Shown here: piece by piece, positions 13,204 to 24,150 of the stretch
Layout of the letters: each line of letters opens with the position of its first letter
Numbering within the stretch: position 1 is the first letter of the stretch
Source of the DNA: Cetorhinus maximus
Lineage: Eukaryota
Direction: 5' to 3'
Length of the DNA: 64,000 nucleotides
NCBI RefSeq assembly: GCF_964194155.1
Contig: NC_135908.1
Span: forward strand, 4,650,001-4,714,000
Made by a program: the position numbers and the translations under genes
Notes under the pieces: model-generated
What the model saw: only the letters and a program-made list of their open reading frames with translations
What the model was told of the DNA's origin: nothing
Database searches by the model: none

Positions 13204-13416
13204 TTACAGCATGCAGCACGCCCTGAAAAGAAGCATCCCATCCACTGAGCGAATGCACAAGTCAACACCCTCGTTGGCTGCGATGAACAGCACAGATCCT
13301 CGTCGAATGTTGATCTCAGACGGGGCAGCAGTGCCCGTGGCCTCACCCCTAATGACCAGCAGGATACTTGCAGAATCGATGGAGGATATCATGTACCGTT
13401 TCACCGAACTTGGAAC
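13204..13416 (-). CDS. MPI: Mannose-6-phosphate isomerase, exon 8 (last coding exon)
   Basis: tcttcaactcag|GTT CCA; VPSSVKRYMISSIDSASILLVIRGEA...RRGSVLFIAANE...MLLFRACCML-stop; 213 nt. Exons 16+128+201+142+180+174+209+213 = 1263 nt = 420 aa plus stop. Confidence 0.95.
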   Translation of the reverse strand, partial: VPSSVKRYMISSIDSASILLVIRGEATGTAAPSEINIRRGSVLFIAANEGVDLCIRSVDGMLLFRACCML

Positions 13417-13519
13417 CTGAGTTGAAGAGATTTTATCTTTGACCATAAAGTTATCAGGTGATACGATTTAGTCCTCTCCTCAGTATATACTGATCAGCAC
13501 AATTACATAACTTATACAG

Positions 13520-14030
13520 GCCCTTATTCAGCTCACACTTAGAATGCTGTTCAAAATTCTGGTCTCCATATTACATAAAGATTACTGAAGTACTGGAGAA
13601 AGTGCAATTAAGATTTACTAGGATGATACCAGAACTGAAGGGGTTTAACTATCAGGAAAGACTGAAAGGCTGGTTGTCTTTTCTCTAGAAACTGAGAAAT
13701 AACCTGTTGGCGGTCTTTAAAATTATGAAGGGACTTGATAGTGTAGTTGTGGACAAGATGTTTCCATTGCTGGGGGGGTCCAAAACTAGGGGCCTTAAAT
13801 ATAAGACAGACACTAAAAAATCCAATAAGGGAGTCAGGAGAAAACTCTTTACTGGAGGATATGTGAAACTCACTACCACATGGAGCAGTTGAGGTGATTA
13901 GAATGTATTTAAGGGGAAGCTGGATAAGTACATGAGGGAGAAAAGAATAGCAAAGGTCGATAGGACGAAATAACCAGAACGTGAGGCGGCTTGTGAAGGG
14001 TGAACAGCAGCACAGGCATATTGGGCCAAA
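13520..14030 (+). mobile_element. Degraded CR1 LINE 3' fragment
   Basis: CR1 ORF2 C-terminal motifs (VFKIMKGLD, MFPL, TRG-K) and 3' UTR-like sequence. Confidence 0.7.
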
Positions 14031-14036
14031 CTGTTA

Positions 14037-14281
14037 AAAAAGCAGAAAATGCAGGAAGAACTCAGCAGGTTTGGCAGCATCTGTGGAGAGAGAAACAGAG
14101 TTAACGTTTCGAGTCCGTATGACTCTTCTTCAGAGCTAAAGAGAAATAGAAATGTGATGGAATTTAAACTATACTAGAGAAGGAGAAACTCCACAGATGT
14201 TGCCAGACCTGCTGGATTTTTCCAGAATTTTCTGTTTTTGTTTCCGATTTCCAGCATCCGCAGTATTTTGCTTTTCTCTTA
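14037..14281. mobile_element. Short Penelope-like insertion with inverted tails and a hammerhead motif
   Basis: Minus arm with CTGAAGA-a-gagtc-atacg-gactc-GAAACGTT, plus arm ending catccgcagtattttgcttt; TSD-like gggccaaactgtta (14023-14036) and gggccaaatagtta (14282-14295). Confidence 0.75.
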
Positions 14282-14339
14282 GGGCCAAATAGTTAGGTCC
14301 TGTAATACATACCGATTCCTCCATTACATCCTCACCTTT

Positions 14340-14742
14340 TTTTTATATTCTTTTACGGGATGTGGGCGTCGCTGGCAAGGGCAGCATTTGTTGCCCACAC
14401 CTAACTGCCCTTGAACTGAGTGGCTTGCTAGGTCACTTCAGAGGGCAGTTGAGAGTCAACTATATTGCTGTGGGTCTGGAGTCACATGTAGGCCAGACCA
14501 GATAAGAACGGCAGATTTCCTTCCCTAAAGGACATTAATGAAACAGATGGGTTTTTTTTTTAAAACAACACTCAACGGTAGTTTCATGGTCACCATTAGA
14601 GATTAGCTTTCAATTCCATTTTTTGAATAAACTGAATTTAAATTCCACCAGTGGCCGTGGTGGGATTTGAACCCATGTCACCAGAGCTTTAGCCTGGGCC
14701 TCTGGATTACTAGTGCAGTGACATTACCACTATGCCACTGTC
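14340..14742 (-). mobile_element. LF-SINE-like SINE, near full length
   Basis: Minus strand: tRNA-like head GGCATAGTGGTAATGTCACTGCACTAGTAATCCAGAGG...GGGTTCAAATCCCACCACGG and tail GGGCAGTTAGGTGTGGGCAACAAATGCTGCCCTTGCCAGCGACGCCCACATCCC; second copy at about 42689-43067. Confidence 0.7.
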
Positions 14743-15061
14743 TGCCCTGTTGTTACATAATCTCCTTCTCTAGTCCAAAGCCGGAAGTGTGCACTCGCCC
14801 TGCAATGTGTAGTTTGTGTGTGAAGTCACCAGCTTCCTGAGGTTTCACTGCAGCTTCTACAGTGCAACCTACTCTTGGGTCACAAGTATTAATATCTCTT
14901 TACACACTAACTTTGGTGTCACAGCAAAAAGAAAATGGCATCACTGCAATGTCAGAGCGGGAATGTAGATGCACCCAAAGATGCATCAGTCAAGGACTGC
15001 AGAAGATCAAGTATTCGGCAGTAGCACACTAACAATCCCAGATCAATAGTTTATGCCGTAC

Positions 15062-15270
15062 CTCTATTTTTATCACTGTGAAATCAGGCACTGGAGGATC
15101 ATACACAAACACATATGGATCACAAGGATCCCGAATGGACGGGAAGATCTTCGCATTCGCTGGCGCCGGTGCGTAATTGAGCATTTCACAAAGGGTCTGA
15201 ACGTCAATGAATTTTGGAGTGAGTCCAGCTCGCACTGTGTTATCAGAACATGCCATACATTCAATACAAT
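15062..15270 (-). CDS. MPI: MPI exon 7
   Basis: 209 nt, tcttttctag|AT...GAG|gtacgg; [24 protein letters not shown] includes the catalytic [12 protein letters not shown] motif. Confidence 0.96.
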
Positions 15271-15556
15271 CTAGAAAAGATAAAAGAAAGTTCATCAGCA
15301 CGTGCAACCGCTTAAATATCTCAACTGCAGTTAGAATCAGAATAGCTTATTTATTGGACCACGGAACCAGAGGTCGGTTGCAAAACTTACAAGCACCCCG
15401 CAAGGCTAAACAGCCTTTTCCCCCAATACATATGTGGAACGGATGTTGGCTAAAAGCATTTACTCCTATGTAAGCTAACTCCTCAGATTGATAGCTGGAA
15501 AATTAATTTGCAGTCAGAAGCATCTCACTTACAAACATTGGCTAGACAGGCGACAG

Positions 15557-15600
15557 GTGTGTGTGTGTGTGTGTGTGTGTCTGTGTGTGTGTGTGTGTGT
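15557..15600. repeat. (GT)n microsatellite
   Basis: Directly visible; an (AG)n tract also lies at about 26969-27003. Confidence 0.9.
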
Positions 15601-16518
15601 TTATTCACATGTGAGCAGAGGTCAGGGGAGGGAGCAAACTCAAAGCAGTTAAAGGGGAAAATCTGGGTAAGCTTCTAAAAGTGCTGAGTGTGCAACAGAC
15701 CTCTGAAGTGCCTTTAAATCCAGTCTGAAACTACACTGAAAATCCAGTCTGAAACTACACTGGAGTAATGCAGCCTCCCTGGGTGTGGGCATCGCACCAT
15801 TTCAGAGTTCGACCAGAATCGGATTCTAGAATAAGAGTGGTATTTTTACTGCATAATTTGGTCAACTATCCCTTTTTCAAAAAAATATTCTTTCGCAGGA
15901 TGTGGGCGTCTCTGGCTAGGCCAGCATTTATTGCCTATCCCTAAATGCCCTTGAGAAGGTGGTGGTGAGCCAACTTCTTGAAATGTTGCACTTCACGTGC
16001 TGTAGGTACACCCACAGTGCAATAGGAAGGGAATTCCAGAGTTTTGATCCAGTGACAGTGAAGGAATGGCGTTTTGTTCCAAGTCAGGATGGTTTGCGGC
16101 TTAGAGGGGAACTTGCAGGTGGTGGTGTTCCCATGTGTCTGCTGCCCTTGTCCTCCTCAGTGGCAGAGGTCGCAGGTTTGAAAGGTGCTGTCGAAGGAGG
16201 CTTGGTGAGCTGCCGCACTACATCCTGTCGATGGTGCACACTGATGCCACTGTGCATTTTAAATCAAGATTGATGGGGAAAGTAGTAAAAATATAGGTGC
16301 AACCATTCTGAACAATGCAACTCATTAAAAACTGTTCACAGTTCCAACTCTCAAAACATTATTTCCTGTTGTCAACATTATTGGTCAACTTTTGTGTCAA
16401 CTTGTAGTACCGTTGATTGCTAGGTCAACAATGATACAAACGCAGCAGCATAGGAAAAATACTGCATGCGAGGTAATGTGCTTTAAAGTTGTGAAACGCT
16501 CAACTCCACTTCAAATTC

Positions 16519-16730
16519 AGAAAATGTTGGAAAAACCCAGCAGGTCTAACCACATCTGTGGCGAGAAAGGCAGAGTTAACGTTTCCAATCCGTATAACCG
16601 AAGAAGAGTCATACAGATTCAAAACGTTAACTCTGTTTCTCTCTCCACAGATGCCATTAGACCTGCTGAGTTTTTCCAGCATTTTCTGTTTTTGTTTCAG
16701 ATTTCCAGCATCCGCAGTATTTTGCTTTTA
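16519..16730. mobile_element. Short Penelope-like inverted-tail insertion
   Basis: Two opposed copies of the PLE tail joined inside the hammerhead motif; TSD tccacttcaaattc (16505-16518) and tccacttcaaactc (16731-16744). Confidence 0.75.
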
Positions 16731-16806
16731 TCCACTTCAAACTCCTCCGCTGGTCACACGCGAATAAGTCAAAATAACTCTCCAGACTCACTCCAAATGT
16801 GGAAGG

Positions 16807-17023
16807 TGAAGTGGGATGAATGGAATGATTTCATATTTGTTGATATTAAAACATTTAATAGCCTTAGAGTAGACAACGTAGCTAGCCCTTTCTGAGCATG
16901 TTGAGATGTGCAGCCATAACTGTGGGAACCTAGATGAAAATGCAAATCGTAAAATTTAATGCCCTTAACAGCTTGCGTAAACAAGATGCTAAGGAGATAA
17001 GAAAACAGGCGGGTGAGGGGTGT

Positions 17024-17056
<33 letters not shown>

Positions 17057-17369
17057 TTATTGGACACCTGACACTAACAGGCTTCTTGAAGCCAAAAGGG
17101 TGCGCAACAGGGAACACCTGCGAGCTTGAATTGTCCAACTCATTAACTGGGTTTTGTGATGTATGTGTTAAAGTAATTGAAGGTTGTACCAAGCAGTGTA
17201 GTGAAATGTGATACCTAGAATCTATAAATTTGTTACACTGACTTTGTATCAGAGAGACCCTGGAAACCAACCAGGATACATCTCTCCCGGCATATACTTG
17301 AAATAAAATCTTTATTTACTTGAAGCTCACAGACTCAGAATGGTTGGTTTATTGTTTTTACCACAACCA
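16807..17369 (+). repeat. 5' LTR
   Basis: Collinear with 23660-24150 (shared gatttcatatttg, aaacatttaatagccttagagta, gagaccctggaaaccaaccaggata, aaaatctttatttacttgaagctcacagactcag); TATA-like tataaa near 17223, AATAAA near 17302, and a 32-nt G run (17024-17055) absent from the 3' LTR. Confidence 0.88.
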
Positions 17370-17370
17370 T

Positions 17371-17388
17371 TGGCATAGTCGGCAGGAT
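17371..17388 (+). other. Primer-binding site complementary to the tRNA-Ser 3' end
   Basis: TGGCATAGTCGGCAGGAT directly after the 5' LTR; 17/18 match to the reverse complement of the vertebrate tRNA-Ser 3' end ATCCTGCCGACTACG-CCA. Confidence 0.88.
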
Positions 17389-17595
17389 CCTCACAATATA
17401 GGTCTCTGGCACCAGATCGAACGCTGACATAAAAGGATGGGTGAGAATGTTCATTTTACCGCCCATTAGATAGGGAGGCCAGCGTTCGAGATGGGTAGCC
17501 AGTGGGTCAATTTGAGGACCCCAACCAGAGAACAGGTCGGTGAGTGGAGTAACTAAAGACAGTGTGGCGCCAAGATCGCGATTCGTTTCCCTGGG

Positions 17596-17695
17596 TAAAC
17601 AAGAAGGTATAATTGTAATTGTTCTTGGGGTAAACCCAGGTAAATTAAACAAGAAGGTATAATTGTAATTGTTCTTGGGGTAAACCCAGGTGAAT
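17596..17695. repeat. 50-bp tandem duplication in the ERV leader
   Basis: taaacaagaaggtataattgtaattgttcttggggtaaacccaggtRaat occurs twice. Confidence 0.9.
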
Positions 17696-19989
17696 TAACA
17701 AATGGCTGCTGTAGGGTAAAACAGGGAGAGACCCGTTTCCCAGAGAGAATAGAAGTAGTCGGACTGTAAATGCAACATCAGCGGTGGCAGACAAAAACTT
17801 AGCTTGGGGACCTGAAGGGTCACAAACTGAATTTTTGGCAAATAAGAACAAGAAGTTTCTAAGTAAAATGACTAAGGAAGGTTGGAATCCCCAGTGGGCA
17901 TCGGGACAATAATAGGTATGGTGGGATAAGCAGTCGAAGGATAGAGATGGGAAGGCAGTAGTAATATTGTATGCCTGTTACCTCGAAGCTCATCAGTTAG
18001 GACAGGCAGAGGTTAAAAGGTGAAAATATATATATATATATAAATTGATGTAATTATGAGAGAATGGATATTCGAATCACTAAAGCTTTTTGTTCTGTGG
18101 ACAGAAAGAGGTAGAGAAAGAGGGGGGAGGGTACCCCTGGGGCTGGAGGGGGAGGGGTGTAGTGGGCAGTGACACTTAGGGCAGAGGAAATGTGTGCTTC
18201 AGTCATTTTGATTGTCCCTGTAGGTGGAAACCTTAAACATCCCTTTATTTCCCCCTATTGCTGCCTGAAGATTTGTTTGGAGTATGAAAATTTGTGAGAA
18301 TTTACCTCTTCCTTAGTTTTAAATTACAATTTTTCTTGGAGAAAGAAGAATCAAGGCCACCTTTCCAAAGTCTTAAATTGTTAAGATAAATGTGAGGATG
18401 AAAATATATATCTCTCTCTGTATGTTTGTGTGCAATGAAGAATGTGTGTGTGAGCTTTAGTCTTCCTTAAATTGTAGTGTGGAGTCTCAGCACTTTGAGT
18501 TAAAAACCTCACAATGAGGATTATGAGTTGGGATTAAAGGAAAGTATAATTAAACAAACTAATGTTTTAAATTATAAGATTTGAGTTGGGATTTCTGGCC
18601 AAAAAAAATCACAATTCGAATAAACTCTAAAGGAGATAGAGCGGGTTTTTCCTTTGTTTGAATAGCACCGCCCTCTTTCAGGCTGAGGGAGTTAACTCTT
18701 TCCGCCAGCCACTCGAGCTTTCAGGCTGCCAAATTAATCCATTCTGCCTCGAGCAGAATGGGCCTTTGTGCCTTTATTTACAGGTAACCGCAAATGTAAA
18801 ACGATTTCTAGTAACTTCAAGAATCTGAGGATTTATCTGTAGATTTTCAATGCCACAGCATAGTCATTGTCTTGGCCTATTTTTTAACTGAATGGGTTAA
18901 ATCATTTTTATCTTCTGCTGGAGAACAGGAGCTCTGATATAAACACACCAACCAATGAGTATCAGACATTTTTAGTAATGCTTTTGAAAAACTATAATGT
19001 CATCTAAGATAAAAAGAAATAAATTGGAACTTTTAATCTGGATATAAATTCTCACACATGAGAACAGGGTCGTCTAAATTTTCATAATGTAAATTGCAAT
19101 TTTGAAACAAAATCCTGAACTGGATTCACATTGGGTTGGAAACTTCCTACACAATAAAGATTTGAGGTTTGGTTCCCGATAAAGCTCTCAAAGAGGAAAG
19201 GATTTTTTTTTTTTAAAAAAAGGTTTGAAAACAGTTGAGATTAATTCAAAATGTATGTTTAAAATTTACTTGTCAGTCTGTTCCCAAATTATAAAGATAA
19301 GCCTGAAGTCCTGAAGAAGTTTGGCAGAAATCCAATTTGTGGCAGAGTTAAAGAAGGACTGTTTTTGGAAGAAATAAATTGAACACTAAGAAAACCTGTC
19401 AACTCAAGAACACTGCTATTTGAATTTGGGATAATTTTAAAATGAAAAAAGTCAGGCACAATCTAGTGGGTTACTTTTTTGAAAATAAAATGTTGTTTAA
19501 GGGGAAGAAGACAAAGAAGCAAAACATGTTAATGCCTGGAATCAACAATTTCTGTTTTAAAGATATGAGAATATTTTATTGGGCTGTAAAGTCTCTACAG
19601 ACAAACTGAACGAGATAAGTTAGTAACAATTGAATGTGTAAAACGGTATGAGGAAATGATTAAGGGTTGGAGACAGAGTTTCAGAAAAAGGACACAATAT
19701 ATGAGCTTTTTAAAAGAACTGAATTTGATAGTCCGGCCATCACCTGAGACGTCGGAACCTTACAGGAGGAGATAAGCAAAGATCTAGAGACAGAGACTCC
19801 CCCTTTGACATGAAATGGTTAATATGTTTGAGTATATGTGTGAATATGAGTAAGGAAACATTTTTAAACGATCAAGGCACTAGAGGAACTGACTTTAAGA
19901 GAATCTTAAGGTGATCATAGTCAGAGGGAGTAAAAAATTAAAGTAAAATACAAGGAATTTTTGGTTGAGATAATTGAAAGATAAGGAGA

Positions 19990-20460
19990 AACAATATTTA
20001 ATAACAATTATCCAGAAGATGGATACAGATAAAGTGAGACTGGGGAAAGGATGGGTGGATGTATTACCAACCATATTAATGCACCTGCGGGCTACGCCCA
20101 GTAGGACCACAGGATTAACACCATGATGACGGGCAAAGCTATGTGGCTCCCAGAGGGAACCACCACTGGAAGTGAAGACACTGGGCCATTGAGAGATAGG
20201 ATAAGAGGATGCACTGTAGAGTTGTGCGAACTGCTTAAGGAATTGAGGTCCAAAGTGAGACAGCAGCAGGAGGCAGCGGACTGGGAAAGAAGTGAGGGGG
20301 AGCAGCTCCTCCGGACATGCCAGAAGTAGGGGATAAGGTAATGGTTAAGGGGGCACCAGAATGACTGGCATTTGCCCAGCAATGGCAAGGACCTTACCAG
20401 ACAAAAATGACTAGTGACACATGTGTATGTTTGGAAGCACTGGTCACAGGCAAACCTTGT
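19990..20460 (+). pseudogene. Retroviral-type integrase C-terminal remnant
   Basis: KGWVDVLPTILMHLRATPSRTTGLTP, frameshift, MTGKAMWLP (WxxxLPxxLxxxRxTPxxxTGLxP...GRxxxLP motif), then FAQQWQGPYQ (GPY/F motif); stops and frameshifts present. Confidence 0.78.
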
Positions 20461-20555
20461 ATCTCTCAATCTGTTTCTGTTAGCAGGAAAGCAATCAGCA
20501 GCTCGCTTAACTATTTTGTCTCAGACAAATCCTCAGAGCAATGCCAATCTAGAGA

Positions 20556-22196
20556 ATGGCAGCAGCAGCGATCACACTCTTAACAATAACAGCGGCATGG
20601 GAGGTCCCCACTGTGAACATCAATAAAACCACTTGTCTGCATCCAGGACAGTATGTGCAACTACCTAAAAGAGGGAGCAGAGGATGGATAAGGAAGCCGA
20701 GTGTATGGGTTTCTGATAGAGTCTCTACGGTAGTCATCATGTCATTCAGGTTATATTATCTAAAGGGGACAATCTGACTCAGGTAACATTGCCCCGACCT
20801 CTTACACTAATGATACAGCTGGAGGTGTGGACATAAAGTTAGTGTACAACAGGCGTGGGGCAATTCTGTTATCTGTGCTCAGTATTCATGGTTGGGGACA
20901 CCTTGAGGGTGTCCAACACAGGAGTGAATATCAGGGCAGAATGGACTAACCTGCCGTCATTTGTTTGGGAGCCAGGGCTGGAGGGGCAATACTGCCTAGA
21001 GCGTTATATAGACGTTGTTAATCAGTGTGATTGTAGCGATACACGAAGCTTTAATTTATCAACTTGCAGGTATCAGAAACCCACTAAGTGCCCAGCCACC
21101 GTGTCACCACCCCCGGATGGGATAGTCAGAATCGGGAAACCCAAGGTGGTATTACATGGTGTTATAATGGTTACTCCAGAGGTGACCTACAATTTGGGCT
21201 CAACCCAACCCCAACTGTAGAGATCATTTCGAATCTGCTAGGTGGACAAGACAAAAGTTACAGCGTCCGATCCAGGATTACCCAACCCACATAGCCCCGG
21301 GGGTCCAGGAGTGGGAGACACGATAACATTTCTGATGAATATGCCACAGGAACACAATAAAGTAACATCCTGGTGGGCCGGGATTGGAGTATAAGTTTTA
21401 AACCCTGGGAGTGGAAAAGAGCAGGTGGGTGCACGAGGTAGGATCCTAGGGATATTTGGTCCCAGGCTTGAATAGCACCCTTTTAATGACAGAGTGAGAA
21501 TGTTGTACTGAATCGCAGCATTACATCATCTGCTCCTGTATTACCCTAAAACCCATCACAATTCTGCCATTGTGGTCTCAGTCAGCCCTCTTTACAGAGC
21601 TTCCAAGGCAGTCCAAACCTCCCCTACGCTCTGGTGCTTTCAAATGGACAGCACAAGATTCCTATATGGAGAATTAGAACGTGACAACAATCACACCTTC
21701 TGCTTACACATCACTGACTCCTTTACTGTGGAGGACTTTCATCTTGTGGGTAGGGTCCTCACTGGTTACATATTCAGCCCATGGTGGTACGGTACATTAA
21801 ATATCGGCAACGCCCCGGAGAGGATGGCCTAGGTAGCGGTGGAAAGAGCCCTAACTACTACCAGGAGGTTTATGGAACAAAGCTGTCAAGCAATCTCGAG
21901 GGGCAGGGTGCAGGTGAACCTAGCCACAGGGAGGGCTAGGAAACTGAAAGACTCAGCTAGAAATCGAGTCAAGATGGCAAGAACGCAGTATCAACTGGTG
22001 GGAAGTAGGGAGGATGGCAGCAGCCGTTGCGTCTATTGTGGTCCTGTTGGGTAGTCTTTCGATTTGCTACTACCAGAGATTGCTAGTATCCCAAGCGGTA
22101 CAAATGGTAATGTTGACTAATAAGTGGTGTACCCCAGTATCTGCCACAATTGAAGCTCCCCTCCCAGGGAACCATGAAAATTGGGAACATTTATGA
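20556..22196 (+). pseudogene. Degenerate env-like type I membrane glycoprotein
   Basis: Lies between the integrase remnant and the PPT; signal-peptide-like MAAAAITLLTITAAW, Cys-rich segments with sequons NKT, NLS and NHT, amphipathic helix ERALTTTRRFMEQSCQAISRGRVQVNLA, then WWEVG and a hydrophobic segment MAAAVASIVVLLGSLSICYY; several frameshifts and stops. Confidence 0.6.
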
Positions 22197-22328
22197 AGAT
22201 TTTGCTATCTAATGAGATAGTGCTTCCAGGCCTAGCCTAGGTCATTAGGACTTTGGCAAAGCCGTAAGAGATCAGTAGGATAACAGATCCAAAGCTCATT
22301 GGACTCAAATAGGATCTCTAGAACTACT

Positions 22329-23631
22329 ATCTGTTCTGATCGCATCTGTTCTGATGATGCTACCTTCAAAAACAGTTCCTCTGACATGTCCTCCTTCTTC
22401 CTTAACCGAGGTTTTCCACCCACGGTCGTTGACAGGGCCCTCAACCGTGTCCGGCCCATCTCCCGCGCATCCGCCCTCACGCCTTCTCCTCCCTCCCAGA
22501 AACATGATAGGGTCCCCCTTGTCCTCACTTATCACCCCACCAGCCTCCGCATTCAAAGGATCATCCTCCGCCATTTCCGCCAACTCCAGCATGATACCAC
22601 CACCAAACACATCTTCCCTTCACCCCCCCCGGCAGCATTCCGTAGGGATCGTTCCCTCCGGGACACCCTGGTCCACTCCTCCATCACCCCCTACTCCTCA
22701 ACCCCCACTTATGGCACCTCCCCATGCCCACGCAGAAGATGCAACACCTGCCCTTTCACTTCCTCTCTCCTCACCATCCAAGGGCCCAAACACTCCTTTC
22801 AAGTGAAGCAGCATTTCACTTGCATTTCCCCTAACTTAGTCTACTGCATTCATTGCTCCCAATGCGGTCTCCTCTACATTGGCGAGACCAAACGTAAACT
22901 GGGCGACCGCTTTGCAGAACACCTGCGGTCTGTCCGCAAGAAAGACCCAAACCTCCCTGTCGCTTGCCATTTTAACACTCCACCCTGCTCTCTTGTCCAC
23001 ATGTCTGTCCTTGGCTTGCTGCATTGTTCCAGTGAAGCCCAACGCAAACTGGAGGAACAGCACCTCACCTTCTGACTAGGCACTTTACAGCCTTCCGGAC
23101 TGAATACTGAATTCAACAACTTTAGATCTTGAACTCCCTCCTCCATCCCCACCCCCTTTCCGTTTCTTCCCCCTCCCTTTTGTTTTTTCCAATAATTTAT
23201 ATAGATTTTTCTTTTCCCACCTATTTCCATTATTTTTAAATCTATACCTGTAATGCCCTGTCAGTCTTTCCACCCCACCACCACTAGAGCTGTACCTTGA
23301 GTGTCCTGCCATCCATTCTTAATTAGCACATTCTCTTAGATAATATCACCACCTTCAACACCTCTTTGTTCCTTTATCTGTGACATCTTTTGATTATCTG
23401 CTCCTATCACTGCTTGCTTGTCCCTACAACCACCCCCCCCACCCCCAACTTCTCTCCCCCCACCACCCCCCCCACCTTAAACCAGCTTATATTTCACCCC
23501 TCTCCTAATATTACTCAGTTCTGTTGAAGGGTCGTGAGGACTCGAAACATCAACTCTTTTCTTCTCCGCCGATGCTGCCAGACCTGCTGAGTTTTTCCAG
23601 GTAATTCTGTTTTTGTTTTGTTCTCTACTTC
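22329..23631 (+). mobile_element. 5'-truncated Penelope-like element with GIY-YIG endonuclease C-terminus, inserted in the ERV
   Basis: ORF includes FLNRGFP, CxxxxCxxC linker (CPRRRCNTCP) and VYCIHCSQCGLLYIGETKRKLGDRFAEHL; premature TGA at 23073 is CGA in the 35-36 kb copy; hammerhead motif at about 23516-23555; flanking agaactact at 22320-22328 and 23632-23640. Confidence 0.9.
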
Positions 23632-23659
23632 AGAACTACTGGTGGACAAAAGGAGGGAC

Positions 23660-24150
23660 TGAAGTGCAAAAAATGGAGTGATTTCATATTTGTCTCTCAA
23701 AACATTTAATAGCCTTAGAGTAAACAATTTCTTTCTGAGCATGATGGGATGTGCAGCCATTACTGCGGGAACCTAGATGAGAATGGAAGTCATAAAATGT
23801 AATGGCCTTCACAGCTTGGGTAAACAAGGTGTTAAGGAGATAAGAAAACAGACAAGGGGGTTATTGAACACCAGATGCTACCTGACTTCCAGGGGCCAAA
23901 AGGGCGAGATAACAGGGAACATCTGCGAGCTTGAAATGTCCAGCTCATTAATTAGATTTTATGATGCAGGTAATTGAAATTTGTACCAAGCAGTTTAGTG
24001 AAATGTGATTACACAGACTGTGTGTCAGAGAGAGAGGGAGACCCTGGAAACCAACCAGGATATATCTCTCCCAGCATATGCTTGGATTAAAATCTTTATT
24101 TACTTGAAGCTCACAGACTCAGTGGTTGATTTATTGTTTTTACCACCACA
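23660..24150 (+). repeat. 3' LTR
   Basis: Starts TGAAGTG 1 nt after the PPT, ends ttttaccaccaca, followed by TSD AAGG; homologous to 16807-17369. Confidence 0.88.

Larger units (their letters stand above)
16807..24150 (+). mobile_element. Endogenous retrovirus-like LTR element, non-autonomous, antisense in MPI intron 6
   Basis: Paired LTRs starting TGAAGTG and ending CA; 4-bp TSD AAGG (16803-16806 and 24151-24154); PBS at 17371; PPT aaaaggaggga at 23648-23658; integrase C-terminal remnant and env-like ORF remnants inside. Confidence 0.9.

Noticed and set aside
14660-14742. tRNA-like A/B-box sequences (also near 3022, 30520, 43000 and 54430)
   Set aside because: They are SINE heads continuous with SINE bodies and do not form complete cloverleafs.
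15717-15762. Short tandem duplication of aaatccagtctgaaactacactg (and a 30-bp duplication near 41754-41811)
   Set aside because: Ordinary two-copy slippage duplications with no other associated signal.
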